A stretch of 60,302 bases of DNA, filler included, from Hausera hauseri (taxonomy: Eukaryota): NCBI GenBank assembly GCA_046269625.1. It is 9 parts of 9 records of this genome, joined end to end, with 100 filler letters (N's around TTAATTAATTAA, not from the genome) between each part and the next. Parts side by side here need not be neighbours in the genome. Positions count along the whole stretch, not along the records: positions 27,292 to 40,378 come from JBJURY010905756.1; positions 40,479 to 46,739 come from JBJURY010119653.1; positions 46,840 to 51,235 come from JBJURY010601999.1; 6 more parts are not named here. The stretch is one strand, 5' to 3'. Numbering within the stretch: position 1 is the first letter of the stretch; each line of letters opens with the position of its first letter. The notes beneath the pieces are model-generated. The model was not told where the DNA came from and did no database searches. It saw only the letters and a program-made list of their open reading frames with translations. The position numbers and the translations under genes are program-made. This document shows, one piece after another, positions 39,501-49,900 of the stretch.

Positions 39501-40054
39501 CCATGGCAGGACAGTATAATTATCGATCACATTGAATGTATGGTATTATTTGACGATTTGCCAATTTTCAGATAACATTTTCTGCAAAGGATGAAGTATT
39601 CATCAAAGATGATCCTATTCTCAAATGTCACGTCATTGAACCATCTGTAACTGAAACCGGCGAAACAATCGCCATTATTCCCATAAAAATATCAGCGAAA
39701 TGTGTGTATAGCAAGTAAGACATTTAGTATTAATTCAAAATGAATTTGAAATGGATTTAAATCAATGGGATATTGATTGTTGTCAAATTTTATTATACCA
39801 TGGATGATATAGAGTTATCTGTTAAGATTTGTCATTACACCAAAAGCTGACATCAATTTTGGGTCCGCAGCGGTACACACGAAGAAAACCCGACCATTTA
39901 TAATCGAAAATATTGGTGACTTTGATTTGAAATTTTCCATATCAAGAGCTCAAAAAGCCACTGTCCAGTCGACTACAGCAGGAACTGTGATCAAAGCCAC
40001 TAAAAAAGACGTCCAGAAAGATACCGGTGCAGCACAAACTGTGAAGTCGAAACA
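27525..40054 (+). CDS. HYDIN: Hydrocephalus-inducing protein homolog (ciliary central pair), multi-exon internal portion; both ends lie outside the contig
   Basis: Spliced reading gives GTVIGPTFNFNVPKLKFGNVS-GFP...NTSLVP..Y.LRVPSDG, LIGEVNFPN, EEIFDVRPLFGSLQPGE, GGPTY, NPCFYPIEFYSLEFDKVYLDDE, adenylate-kinase-like RGIAIVVIGSPISGK and SDCQKGVVFDGLDSLF, GLGLGPRGPPIPPPAVFSIVQYP, AEAYDVALDMSFPKG; GT-AG introns restore frame where I checked. Confidence 0.97.
28244..28570. repeat. Intronic fold-back element with about 125-bp imperfect arms
   Basis: ctaccaattactaatgg...catgtgaaattat...aattgaca mirrored by tgtcaaatt...ataatttcacatg...ccattggtaattggtag. Confidence 0.9.
35622..35906. repeat. Intronic tandem repeat, 3 x 95 bp, built from TGACCT-like subunits
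   Basis: Units start at 35622, 35717 and 35812; degenerate flanks extend to about 35570-35985. Confidence 0.93.
39059..39366. mobile_element. Mariner-type MITE in a HYDIN intron
   Basis: TIRs ttggattggtgcgtaattttgtgcg / cgcacgaaattatgcaccaacccaa with TA on both sides; resembles mariner TIRs of the Hsmar1/MADE1 type. Confidence 0.85.
39370..39518. mobile_element. Second Tc1/mariner-like MITE, adjacent to the first
   Basis: tatacttccctgtcatggcgaaagg ... ccttttgccatggcaggacagtata, an inverted pair bounded by TA. Confidence 0.72.
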
Positions 40055-40378
40055 GTAAGTGAAAATCTATTGATTGCATAATGCTTCGATTATGTAACAG
40101 CAGTAAAAATGTTCGGTTTTTTACATCAGTTCGAGTTTTGCGAATATTGTCTTATCAATCATTGCGGTAGATCATATAAATGTTTTGATCACAGATTTTT
40201 ACGAGTGATTTTGTTCCTCGTTCATCATGATATCAGTGATTGTGTGTGTGTGTTTGCTTCAGGAATTGATGAGGTAGTTAGTGAAAATAGACTCAAAAAC
40301 ACTGCCATTATACTGAAATTTCTCGCCGAAATTAGTCGAAATACTGTTGTATAAATATACTTCACAAAAGACTAGTTA

Positions 40379-40478
40379 NNNNNNNNNNNNNNNNNNNNNN
40401 NNNNNNNNNNNNNNNNNNNNNNTTAATTAATTAANNNNNNNNNNNNNNNNNNNNNNNNNNNNNNNNNNNNNNNNNNNN
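40379..40478. other. Artificial contig linker
   Basis: Same 100-nt block. Confidence 0.99.
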
Positions 40479-40960
40479 AAGTTAATATAGTCTTTGCTCC
40501 AAAACTAGACTCTATTGGTTTTCCACTATCATCACGAATATTAACTTCGATTTTGCTTATACATGATGATGAAACAGGCAAAGACATTGGATTTTCTGGT
40601 GCGATATGTACTGACTCACCATACTTGTGTTCTGAATAATCTATCCAAACACATCTTAACAGAGGTATTTGTTCTGAACCTACCATTATTGGTTCAACTA
40701 TACTTGAATAAATTTGATTACAGTACATTTGATTAAATGCATTGTTCAATTTAATTGGAAACACACCTTTATTTCTTTACTTGTTTGTGAATTCAGTCTT
40801 GGTATAACCCAATACCCGAGCTAGTTGAGTATCAAAAATAATTTGCTCAACATCATCCTTGAGTGTGAATGATAGAATGTTATTTTTTGCTGCAATATTC
40901 TTAAATATATTTTCGCACGTGGAAATAAGATGATTTACAACTTTCTGACTACTATACAAT
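40479..40960 (-). pseudogene. Polinton/Maverick minor capsid (penton-like) fragment
   Basis: LARVLGY...IYSSIVEPIMVGSEQIPLLRCV...P...PV...ISKIEVNIRDDSGKPI...G. Confidence 0.8.
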
Positions 40961-41576
40961 GGTACAGCTCCTGGAATTATATGCTTGTGCCATGTATAGC
41001 CATCTGTACGGGTAATTCATAATCCGATTTTATTTCATAATAGCTGCCCATCGGCACTGCACTTGTCTTTGGGGTTGCAAAACCCCAAGTGTTGGTAGTG
41101 GGTCTAGACGATAAATAGCCAATATCGATGTGATAAAATTCAGATAGATAATTAGAAATTCAGATTAAAAATGACTAAAATTCCAACAAATAGACCGAAA
41201 AAATATTAACTGTAAATCAGAACCAAAATAGTCGAAATAAAATCAATTTATTTAAATTATTCTACAAACTGTGTAAAGATTTATACAATATTAAAACAAA
41301 TGCATTACATCAATCGTAACAGGCTGGTTAATACTGATTGTGAATACACTATTAATCACATAAAAGAACTGTAGAAGTAACCGAATTTTAACGACATCAT
41401 TCTGAAGTATCGTCACATTCTGATAGAATCCGTATGCATCATAGGCACTGATCCAGGATACGAACAATGGAACAAATGTAAAATTATAATGGAAGCTGTA
41501 ACGCGGGATAAAATGTTTGAGCAATATTTGGTATATTCTTTCTGGCGGTAAACATTGTACAAAGTCATTTTATAAT

Positions 41577-41810
41577 TTAAACAGTGCATGAATGAAATCG
41601 CCCTTTGAATAGCTGAACTGCTGCAACAGTAAACATGAATTCGAGTATAAATGTTACGAGCATCATTTTACCAATACACTTTACAGCAACGTCAACACAC
41701 TGGACAACGTGTTTTAGGCCTTTAGCCCTATTGATAGCCCTAAACGGCCTTATAACTCTCAGCACACAAAGAATCTTCACGACAGATATTGACTTGTTGG
41801 TTTCGTAAAA
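41577..41810 (-). pseudogene. L-type voltage-gated Ca channel alpha-1 fragment, domain III S4-S5
   Basis: [33 protein letters not shown]...[11 protein letters not shown]; substitutions at normally conserved sites. Confidence 0.9.
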
Positions 41811-41881
41811 AAGATAATCCGGCATCGTTCCTGAATCTAACTACTCCATTGTTATCCATTGACATTTTCAAAGCAGAAAAT

Positions 41882-42036
41882 CGGGGCCTGCCTATGCGTC
41901 CGACACGCCTGCAGCGGAAAACCCGGCCGTGCCCAATTCAATGGGCCGGAGGGCGACGATCGACGCGGGCAACACATCACCCCCCGTGGCAAGGTTGAAA
42001 CTATAAAGAATAAAAGATAGACAGAAAAAAAGCGCA
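41882..42036 (-). repeat. Inverted, diverged copy of the retroelement 3' UTR-PPT-LTR start
   Basis: Reverse complement of 44381-44539 (ggggcctgcctatgc, gcagcggaaaacccggccgtg, cccccgtggcaa, actataaagaataaaa). Confidence 0.92.
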
Positions 42037-44560
42037 TTAACTTTTTAGGCCACGTTATTATACCAAACGGTCATTCTCCCCAATCAGACCGAGTTGAAGC
42101 TCTTAAAAACATTCAATTGCCACGTACGACCACCGAAGTGCGTAGCTTCCTTGGCACACTTCACTTTGTACATAAATATGTACCATATTGCTCGGAGTTG
42201 ACAGCACCATTCTCGCACCTACGCGGTGGCAAAAAACATTAGCAAATGTAGTGGACACCTGAATTGGTTGACAAATTAGACAAGCTACGCGAAGGCATCA
42301 AAACCGTAGATATTCTAGCTTTTCCCAAGCTTGATGCAGAACTTATCCTTACTACAGACGCGTCAACCACTGCTGTAGGCGCTGTAATCCACCAGATCTA
42401 CAAGGGAAAAAACCAACCATTAAAATTTTTCTCTCGCAAACTAACCGCACCTAAAACCAGATATTCCACATTTGATCGTGAACTATTGGCCATCGTTCTC
42501 GTTCTAAAGCATTTCTCACACCTACTTGTAGCTCGTCATTTCACTCTACAAACCGATTACAATCCCTTACTTAACATCATGGCTATGAAACACCCTTCCA
42601 CACGCCAAGAACGACAAATATTATACTTGTCGACATTTAATTTCGATGTTAAACATATTAACGGGGTTAACAATTTAGTTGCTGATTTTTTATCTAAGTC
42701 GGTTAGTTCGATTAACTGTTCACCGATCTTTACGCAAGACCAACTTCAACAGAACCAGCCACCTCAAGACATGCTTTACTCTTTCAAATCTTGCACAATC
42801 GTTGACGGCGTGGCTTTAGACACCTCCAAACCAAACCATTCCGTAATAATTCTCGCACCATCATTGCAAAGGCAAGCATTTCATAGCCTGCATTCATTAC
42901 ACCATCCTGGTGCTAAAGCCACCTTTCGTCTCCTCTATCGACAAGTAATATGGCCGTCAATGCATTTTGATGTGCAGGTATGAGTTAAGGAGTGCGTGGC
43001 TTGCCAGAAATAAAAAACAGCTAAGCATTTTAAGCCACCACTATTCCACTTTCCCTGCACATCGCGTTTCGAGTCCGTGCATATCGACATCGTTGATTGT
43101 CTTCCTCCAGACAACGGTCATCAATTCATTCTCACCATGATGGACCGTTCCTTGCAATGGCCAGAAGCCATCTTTCTGCGGAACACAAACACCGACACCA
43201 TAGCTGACGTTTTTATTCGCACATGGATTAGCAGGTTTGGATCACCTCGCTTCATCATTACAGACCAAGGTCTACAGTTTGAATCCAACCTGTTCAAATC
43301 CCTTGTTAGCCGATTGGGCATCCACCACATACATACCACGCCTTATCAACCCTAATCGAATGGCCTTTTAAAAAGTTTCCATCGAACATTGAAAACATCA
43401 CTAAGAATTCTCGCAGAATCCAACAGTAGTTGGACAAATGTTCTTCCGTTCGTTCTGCTCGGCTGGCGGAACACTCCATCCACTTCTACAGGATGCTCAC
43501 CTACTGAAGCCTTATTTGGAGCTCCTGTCCGATCATTATTCGAACTAACCGCCTTAGACGACACTCCCACAGATGAGACGATACGGGCGGCGCAATATCA
43601 CTTCATCGAGGTCAGTAAAGATTCGTTCTGCAGGATACTTCACAAAAACAAAACATACTTACTAGAAGATTTGTATACGGCTAAATTCGTATGGTTAAAA
43701 AATCAAGCTTCTTGCGGTTTCCAGCTACGGTACCTGGGGCCCTACAAACTGATACAGCTACACTCGCATAACGCCATCATCTCCAAAGACGGCAAAGACT
43801 TCACAGTACACATCACCAACTTAAAGCCCGCTTTTTTGTCGACGACACCTTACCAACCGACACATAAACTTCTTTTCTCACGCCTCCACTCCCTGCTATC
43901 ACTACATCTATTGCTACACCATTTCCACCTTCCTCCTCCGCGCCTAGTCTTGATTCATCATTTTCTACACTTTCTACTTCTGTTCCTACCCACTATTTCT
44001 GTATCATCTTCCTCTTCCACTCTTTCACTCAACACAATTCCAATCTCTACTCCAACTTTTTCCTCTCTTCCTTTATTTACCACTACACCTGTCATCACTC
44101 CTTCGTCTTCTAACACTTTCTTCAACGCCTTTAACCATCCGTCTTCAACAATCACTCTTCCTTCTTCGTCCTCTTCTTCTTTTATTCCGACTCATCTTCG
44201 CACGATACAACACCTACACCAAAATCTACCAATTTTTTCCCCAACCTCAATCTTTGCACACAAAATCATTGCATAAACACACAACACGCAGTCACATTCA
44301 GCCAATATAGTAAGGAAAAATCAGTCGACGGTATTCAACGTCCTATACGCACTAAGCTCAACTGACACAAACACTTTTCGTTTTGCGGTTTTCCCTCTAC
44401 CTTTTATTCTTTATAGTTCTAACTTTGCCACGGGGGAGGGGTGATGTGGTGCCCATGTCAATTGTCGCTCTCCGGCCGATTAGGTTGGACACGGCCGGGT
44501 TTTCCGCTGCTGGCGCATCGGGAGCATAGGCAGGCCCCGGCATCCCGCCTCAAGGCAGCG
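42037..44560 (+). mobile_element. 5'-truncated Gypsy element (end of RT, RNase H, integrase, PPT, start of 3' LTR)
   Basis: FLGH, TTDASTTAVGAV, YSTFDRELLAI, NNLVADFLS, HSLHHPG, ITDQGLQFES, YLGPY; PPT gggggagggg at 44432-44441, then TGTGGTG at 44445. Confidence 0.93.
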
Positions 44561-44945
44561 TCATCAACAAGAATCTTAAAATTTTAATCAAAAGGTATTT
44601 ATGTTCCTTTGTTTGGTTGGTAAATTAGAAACTGAATGCTAAGTCCTTTCAAATAAATCGGATGGCAGTTGACTACCGAAAATATTTAAATGGAGTTTTA
44701 ATTTTAGAAAATGTTTATGGCGGCCGACGTTGGTAGGTTTCGAGTAACTCATTGGTCGTCTTTGATACTAGGTCAAATCCTCCTTCAACAATAACAGTTG
44801 TTGATTTATGAATGAATGAATGAATAGGAAACTGTCAATTGTATTGAGGAATAATTTGGCTAATAGTAATTCATACAGTTCTATGTTATACTAATGCACT
44901 TTTGTCTCTCATTCTATACCTCGTACACTTTGCAATTGTATGTAG

Positions 44946-45372
44946 AGGAAACTATCTCGAATTCTCCGATCGAATGGTATCAAAATAGAAACCACGAGAA
45001 TGGAAACGATACACATTCAATTATGACAATCTCACTAATGCAATGATAACATTATTCAAAGTGACATCAGGTGAAGGATGGTCCAATGTACTAGAAAACC
45101 CCATGTTCGCTACATACCAGAACATTGGCCCTATCGTCAACTTTAGACAAGAAATGGCAGCGTATTATGTCGTCTTTTTGTCGTATTCCCGTTTCTCTTC
45201 GTCAACATATTCGTGGCACTTATTATCATCACATTTCAGAATCAGGGTGAGAATGATCTGGCCAACATGAATCTTGATAAGAACCAAAAAATGTATTGAT
45301 TTTGCAGTTAATGCCAAACCATTTTCAAGATACATGCCAACAAACAAACAGTCCAAATTCTAGTGGCGACAT
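44946..45372 (+). pseudogene. L-type Ca channel alpha-1 fragment, domain III pore, S6 and III-IV linker
   Basis: After an AG acceptor: RGNYL...REWKRYTFNYDNLTNAMITLFKVTSGEGW...[17 protein letters not shown]...[22 protein letters not shown]; contains a stop and frameshifts. Confidence 0.9.
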
Positions 45373-45419
45373 GTCGGTCGTTGAAGCTACGAGTCATTCA
45401 ATAAAACGTAGTACAAAAC

Positions 45420-45780
45420 AATCTGGGCTATATTTAATGATTCAAATGGAACTCTGTGAAGGAACGTGTAATACACTGCAAAAATATATCGGGACGGAAC
45501 ATCTATATGAATGAGAAATTGATTTGGAAAATTTTGTTTGAAATTGTTTCGGGATTGGAATATATTCATTCAAAGAATATGGTGCATCGGGATTTGAAGC
45601 CATCAAATATTTTCATTGATTCCCATAAAAAGTTAAACTTGGTGACCTCGGATTGGCCATAATTCTCATTAACAAGAATTTAGAAGACGTGAAGTGCATT
45701 AACGGCAGTTCTGTCGGTACCGAAATGTACATATCTCCAGAAATGAATAAAAACAACCATACAATGACAAAACTGACATA
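45420..45780 (+). pseudogene. Ser/Thr protein kinase fragment (eIF2-alpha kinase/Wee1/NEK-like), subdomains V-IX
   Basis: [10 protein letters not shown]; [26 protein letters not shown]; VKLGDLGLA; VGTEMYISPE; QPYNDKTDI; frameshifted and truncated. Confidence 0.85.
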
Positions 45781-45871
45781 ACAGGAAGATAGCGTTAAAA
45801 GTAGTAAAACAAGTGATGACATTACTCAAAAAAGCTATTTGAATTTTTGGATTTTTGCCACTTGTTTCACA

Positions 45872-46739
45872 GCTTATTTTCAGACCGTAATCGGGAAAAC
45901 TATGATTTGCGGACATGCTTGTAAACGATTCTGTCATCCTTCGAATATAGATCATTCAGTGAGCTCGTGTATGGAAAATTGCCAACGAAAATGTAAAAAC
46001 AATCATACATGCCCATTGTTATGTTTTGCAAAGTGTGGAGATTGCATGAAACCTATTCAAAAAACAATCAAACCTTGTGGACATAGTCAATTGGTACCCT
46101 GTTCAAAAGACCCAACTCAAAGTGACTGCTTAACTGAAATCAGCAGAACATGTCAATTATGTGATTGGACCGGTGATTATTTCTGTTCTGAAAGAACATT
46201 TATCTGTAAAAACCCATGTAAAACTGTGTTGGACTGCGCCCATCGATGTGGCGGTAGTTGTGGTTTATGTTTTGGTGGTCGACTTCATATTGCATGTAAT
46301 GAACCATGTCCATTGTCCTTTATCTGTGGTCACCGCTGCACGGGGAAATGTGACCAGGAATGCTTACCTTGTTCAGAAAAATGTGAAGAAATGTGTTGCC
46401 ATAGAATCTGTGATGAACCGTGTAATGAACCCTGCAAACCTTGTTCTGCAAAATGTCAGTGGAATTGTAAACACAAACAGTGTACTAAACGTTGTGATGA
46501 AATTTGTGATCGGGACGTTTGTAATGAACCTTGTTTGCGAATGAAAAATTGTTCAAATTGCTCGAAACGATTTCAGTGCTATGGACTTTGTGGTGAAGAC
46601 TGTATGAAAGACTGCAGAATATGTAACAAAGATGTCGACAAAACTTCAATGAATATTACTCGTTTGAAATTTATTATGTTGAAAACCTGTGGTCATTGTT
46701 TAGAAGTAACAAAACTAGATCGATATATGTTCAGTAATT
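45872..46739 (+). CDS. ZNFX1: ZNFX1-like Cys-rich NFX1-type zinc-finger region, open to the contig end
   Basis: CGHACKRFCHP..DH...C; LDCAHRCGGSCGLCFGGRLHIAC; CQWNCKHKQCTKRCDEICDR; CYGLCGEDC..CRIC; FIMLKTCGHCLEVTKLDRYM. Confidence 0.82.
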
Positions 46740-46839
46740 NNNNNNNNNNNNNNNNNNNNNNNNNNNNNNNNNNNNNNNNNNNNTTAATTAATTAANNNNN
46801 NNNNNNNNNNNNNNNNNNNNNNNNNNNNNNNNNNNNNNN
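46740..46839. other. Artificial contig linker
   Basis: Same 100-nt block. Confidence 0.99.
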
Positions 46840-46927
46840 GTGGACCATTTTTTTCAATTTCCACCACAGGTTTCCATTGGGTTGAGATATGAACTATTTG
46901 CAGGCCATGACATTGGACATGTAGGTC

Positions 46928-49900
46928 AAGATGGCGGCGCCGGTGTTTGGCTTGGCCACCACTGCCTCCTACTCACGCTTTTTCTTTGTAATTTTACGCT
47001 TTTTCTTCCTGATTTTAACTCAAACACTTAGTCCTACCTTTTTTCCTTCGCCTCTCCTGGACATCTCCGTTGCTGCAGTTTCTCAGCTCCGCTACGATCG
47101 CCAGTCTCTGCTGATGATCAGAAAATCCATGGAGCTCCCTTTCTCCTCCTGGCAGGACTACCACCGCACCTTTCCCCCTCCACCGTTTCACTACCACTCG
47201 CTCCCGGACCTGCGTCTTTTCTCCCTGCCTAATCGACAAGGAAATCCCGGGAGAAAACACAAAAAAAGAGGTCGCCGTGCGGGAGTGTCGTCACAACGGA
47301 GATGCCCCAATGGACCCGGCTGGGCTCCTCACGGGAACCGGCCTCGACGCCTTCGTCTGCTGACCGGGGGCCGAGCGCATGAGGGGGCTCCAGGCACGAA
47401 CCACACTCGGCCCTTCTACACACCGGCTAAATCCTCCAGCTGCCGAGAACGAAACCTTATTCAAATCCCCCTGGTTCCTCCTCAGGTCCCAACCAGCTCT
47501 CCGCCGCTCCGGATGTTTCTTCTAAATGCTAGATCCATCTCCAACAAGGCTCTTCTGCTAAACGATCTTTTCCACTCCAAAGATCTTGACTTTATGTTCC
47601 TGGTTGAAACTTGGCAGAAGAAAGACGAGCATTTCCACCTAAAGGAACTCTGCTCCCCCGGCGACGCGGTGATCGCGACGCCTCGGCTGGATCGGCGCGG
47701 TGGAGGACTAGCAGTCGTACACCGGGACTTTTTCTCGTGCTGGCTGGTAAGCACACGGACCTTTTTCTCTTTTGAATCGCAGACTATTAAGCTCGGATCT
47801 TCTCCCCCTCTTTACTGTATCCTGATTTATCGCCCTCCTGGACCAGCTACAAACTTTCTTAAAGATTTTGCAGATTTTTTGTCCTCCGTCATAAAATTGG
47901 ACCGCCTTTTATTGCTTGGTGACTTTAACTTTCACTTTGATGATGCAGACTGCAGCGAGGCCCGCGATTTCACCTCCATTCTGGACTGTTTTAACTTTAT
48001 TCAACATGTTTCAGGCCCCACTCACCAGCGTGGCCACATGTTGGACTTGGTTTTTTCCCTGGGCCTGAATGTAGAGAATGTGTGTGTTGAGGACTTGCAA
48101 ATTAGCGACCATTTTGGTGTGCTCTTTGATGTAAATTCTGTCCTGGAGCCCCCTCCCCCCAAAGAGCAGATCCAGAAAAGGATTGTTAAACAGGACGCCA
48201 TTACCACCTTTTCAGCCTCTTTTGACCCATCTGTTTTGACTGATATAAATCAACCGGACGATTTTATCCATGTATTAGACAATCATTGCTCAACTGTTTT
48301 TAATGCCTGTACTGTAATAACCACTAAAACCTCTGCTGTTAAAACCACTACACCCTGGATAAATGAGACCATCCGCTCTGCTAGACGCAACTGTAGGCAG
48401 GCAGAACGTCTGTGGAAGTCATCCCGCTTAGAGGTGCACAGGCTTCACCTTAAAGAGCTCAGATCATCACTGCAGTCCATGATAAAAGATGCCAGGTCCC
48501 AATACTTTGCCCAGTTGGTCTCCCGCTTCAAGAAAAATCCCGGAGCATTATTCGGCACCATTGACACTCTGGTTTCCCCGGTCGTCCCCCCGCCTGCCAC
48601 CCTCTCTCTTGCCAGTCCTAATAACTTTCAAACTCACTTTGTTAACAAAATTGAGAACATCCGGCGCAGCATCTTAAATCAGCCTCCTCAGGCCCCATTT
48701 CACTTAACCACCTGCCCTGAGGTTGGTCTTAGTCCGTCCTGGACTTCGTTTGATCTGGAAACTGTTAACTCTCTAGAAACAATAATCCAAAAAATGAAAC
48801 CTTCTGGCTCCCCTCTCGACATCCTACCCCCCAGATTCTTAAAAGCTGTTTACGGCGCAGTGGGACCCACACTTGCGGACCTGCTAAACCTCTCTCTTGC
48901 TTCTGGGTGTGTCCCAGGATCCTTTAAAAAAGCAGTCGTGGAACCCATACTAAAAAAGCAGTCCTTAAACCCATCCGACCTGAATAACTACCGGCCCATC
49001 TCAAAGTTACCATTCTTGTCTAAGGTCTTGGAGAAAATAGTTTCAGCACAACTCATAGCTTACTTGGATGCCAACAACCTTCACGACCACTTCCAATCTG
49101 GCTTCCGCAGATCACACTCCACAGAAACCGCTCTTCTTCGAGTATCTAACGATCTACTAATGTCTGCTGATAAAGGAATGTACTCTGTCCTGCTCTTACT
49201 GGACCTCTCCTCAGCCTTTGATACCGTCGATCACACTATTCTGATTCAAAACCTAAGTGACATAGGCATATCTGGGATTGTGCTAGACTGGTTTAAATCA
49301 TACCTCTCAGACCGCTCCTTCTCAGTCTTATTAGGCCAATCCTTCTCTGACTCCGCCAAACTCACCTGCGGAGTTCCTCAGGGTTCCATTCTGGGCCCAA
49401 TTCTATTCCTGCTCTACATCCGTCCGCTGTCTCAGATCCTGAAAAACTTCACCGACATCTCCTACCACTTCTATGCAGACGACTTGCAGTTATACTGCTC
49501 CTTTAATGACTCCACCACACATAAGCTAACGTCCCTCAAAAACTGTGTCACCAGAGTTAATCAGTGGCTGTCTGACAACCTGCTGCTCCTTAACCTCGAC
49601 AAGACAGAGACCCTGATCCTGGCCCCAGAACATAAAATCCCCAAAATAAAAGAACACCTCGGCTCCTTGAGTTCAACTGTCCAGCCATATGTGCGCAACC
49701 TGGGAGTAAATCTTGACTCAGATCTGTCTCTAGACAAACACATAAAAAACCTAGTTTCTTCAAGCAACTATCAGCTTCGTAACATTTCTAAACTTCGGCC
49801 CATACTCTCCACTTCAGACTTGGAATTGGTCATCCACGCATTCATCTCAAACCGCATCGACTACTGCAATAGCTTGTTTACTTGTCTGAACCAGAAACAG

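Noticed and set aside
41069-41108. Helitron 3' end (hairpin ttggggtt-gcaa-aaccccaa, then CTAG)
   Set aside because: The CTAG is followed by A rather than T and no 5' end or second copy is visible; too weak to call.
46161-46544. Val/Asn-rich overlapping ORF, and the many antisense ORFs over HYDIN, L2 and Gypsy
   Set aside because: These are shadow frames of real coding sequence with no independent motifs.
45420-46739. Functional kinase-ZNFX1 antiviral fusion protein
   Set aside because: The kinase is frameshifted, lacks both ends and is separated from the zinc fingers by stops. I kept it only as a fragment mosaic.
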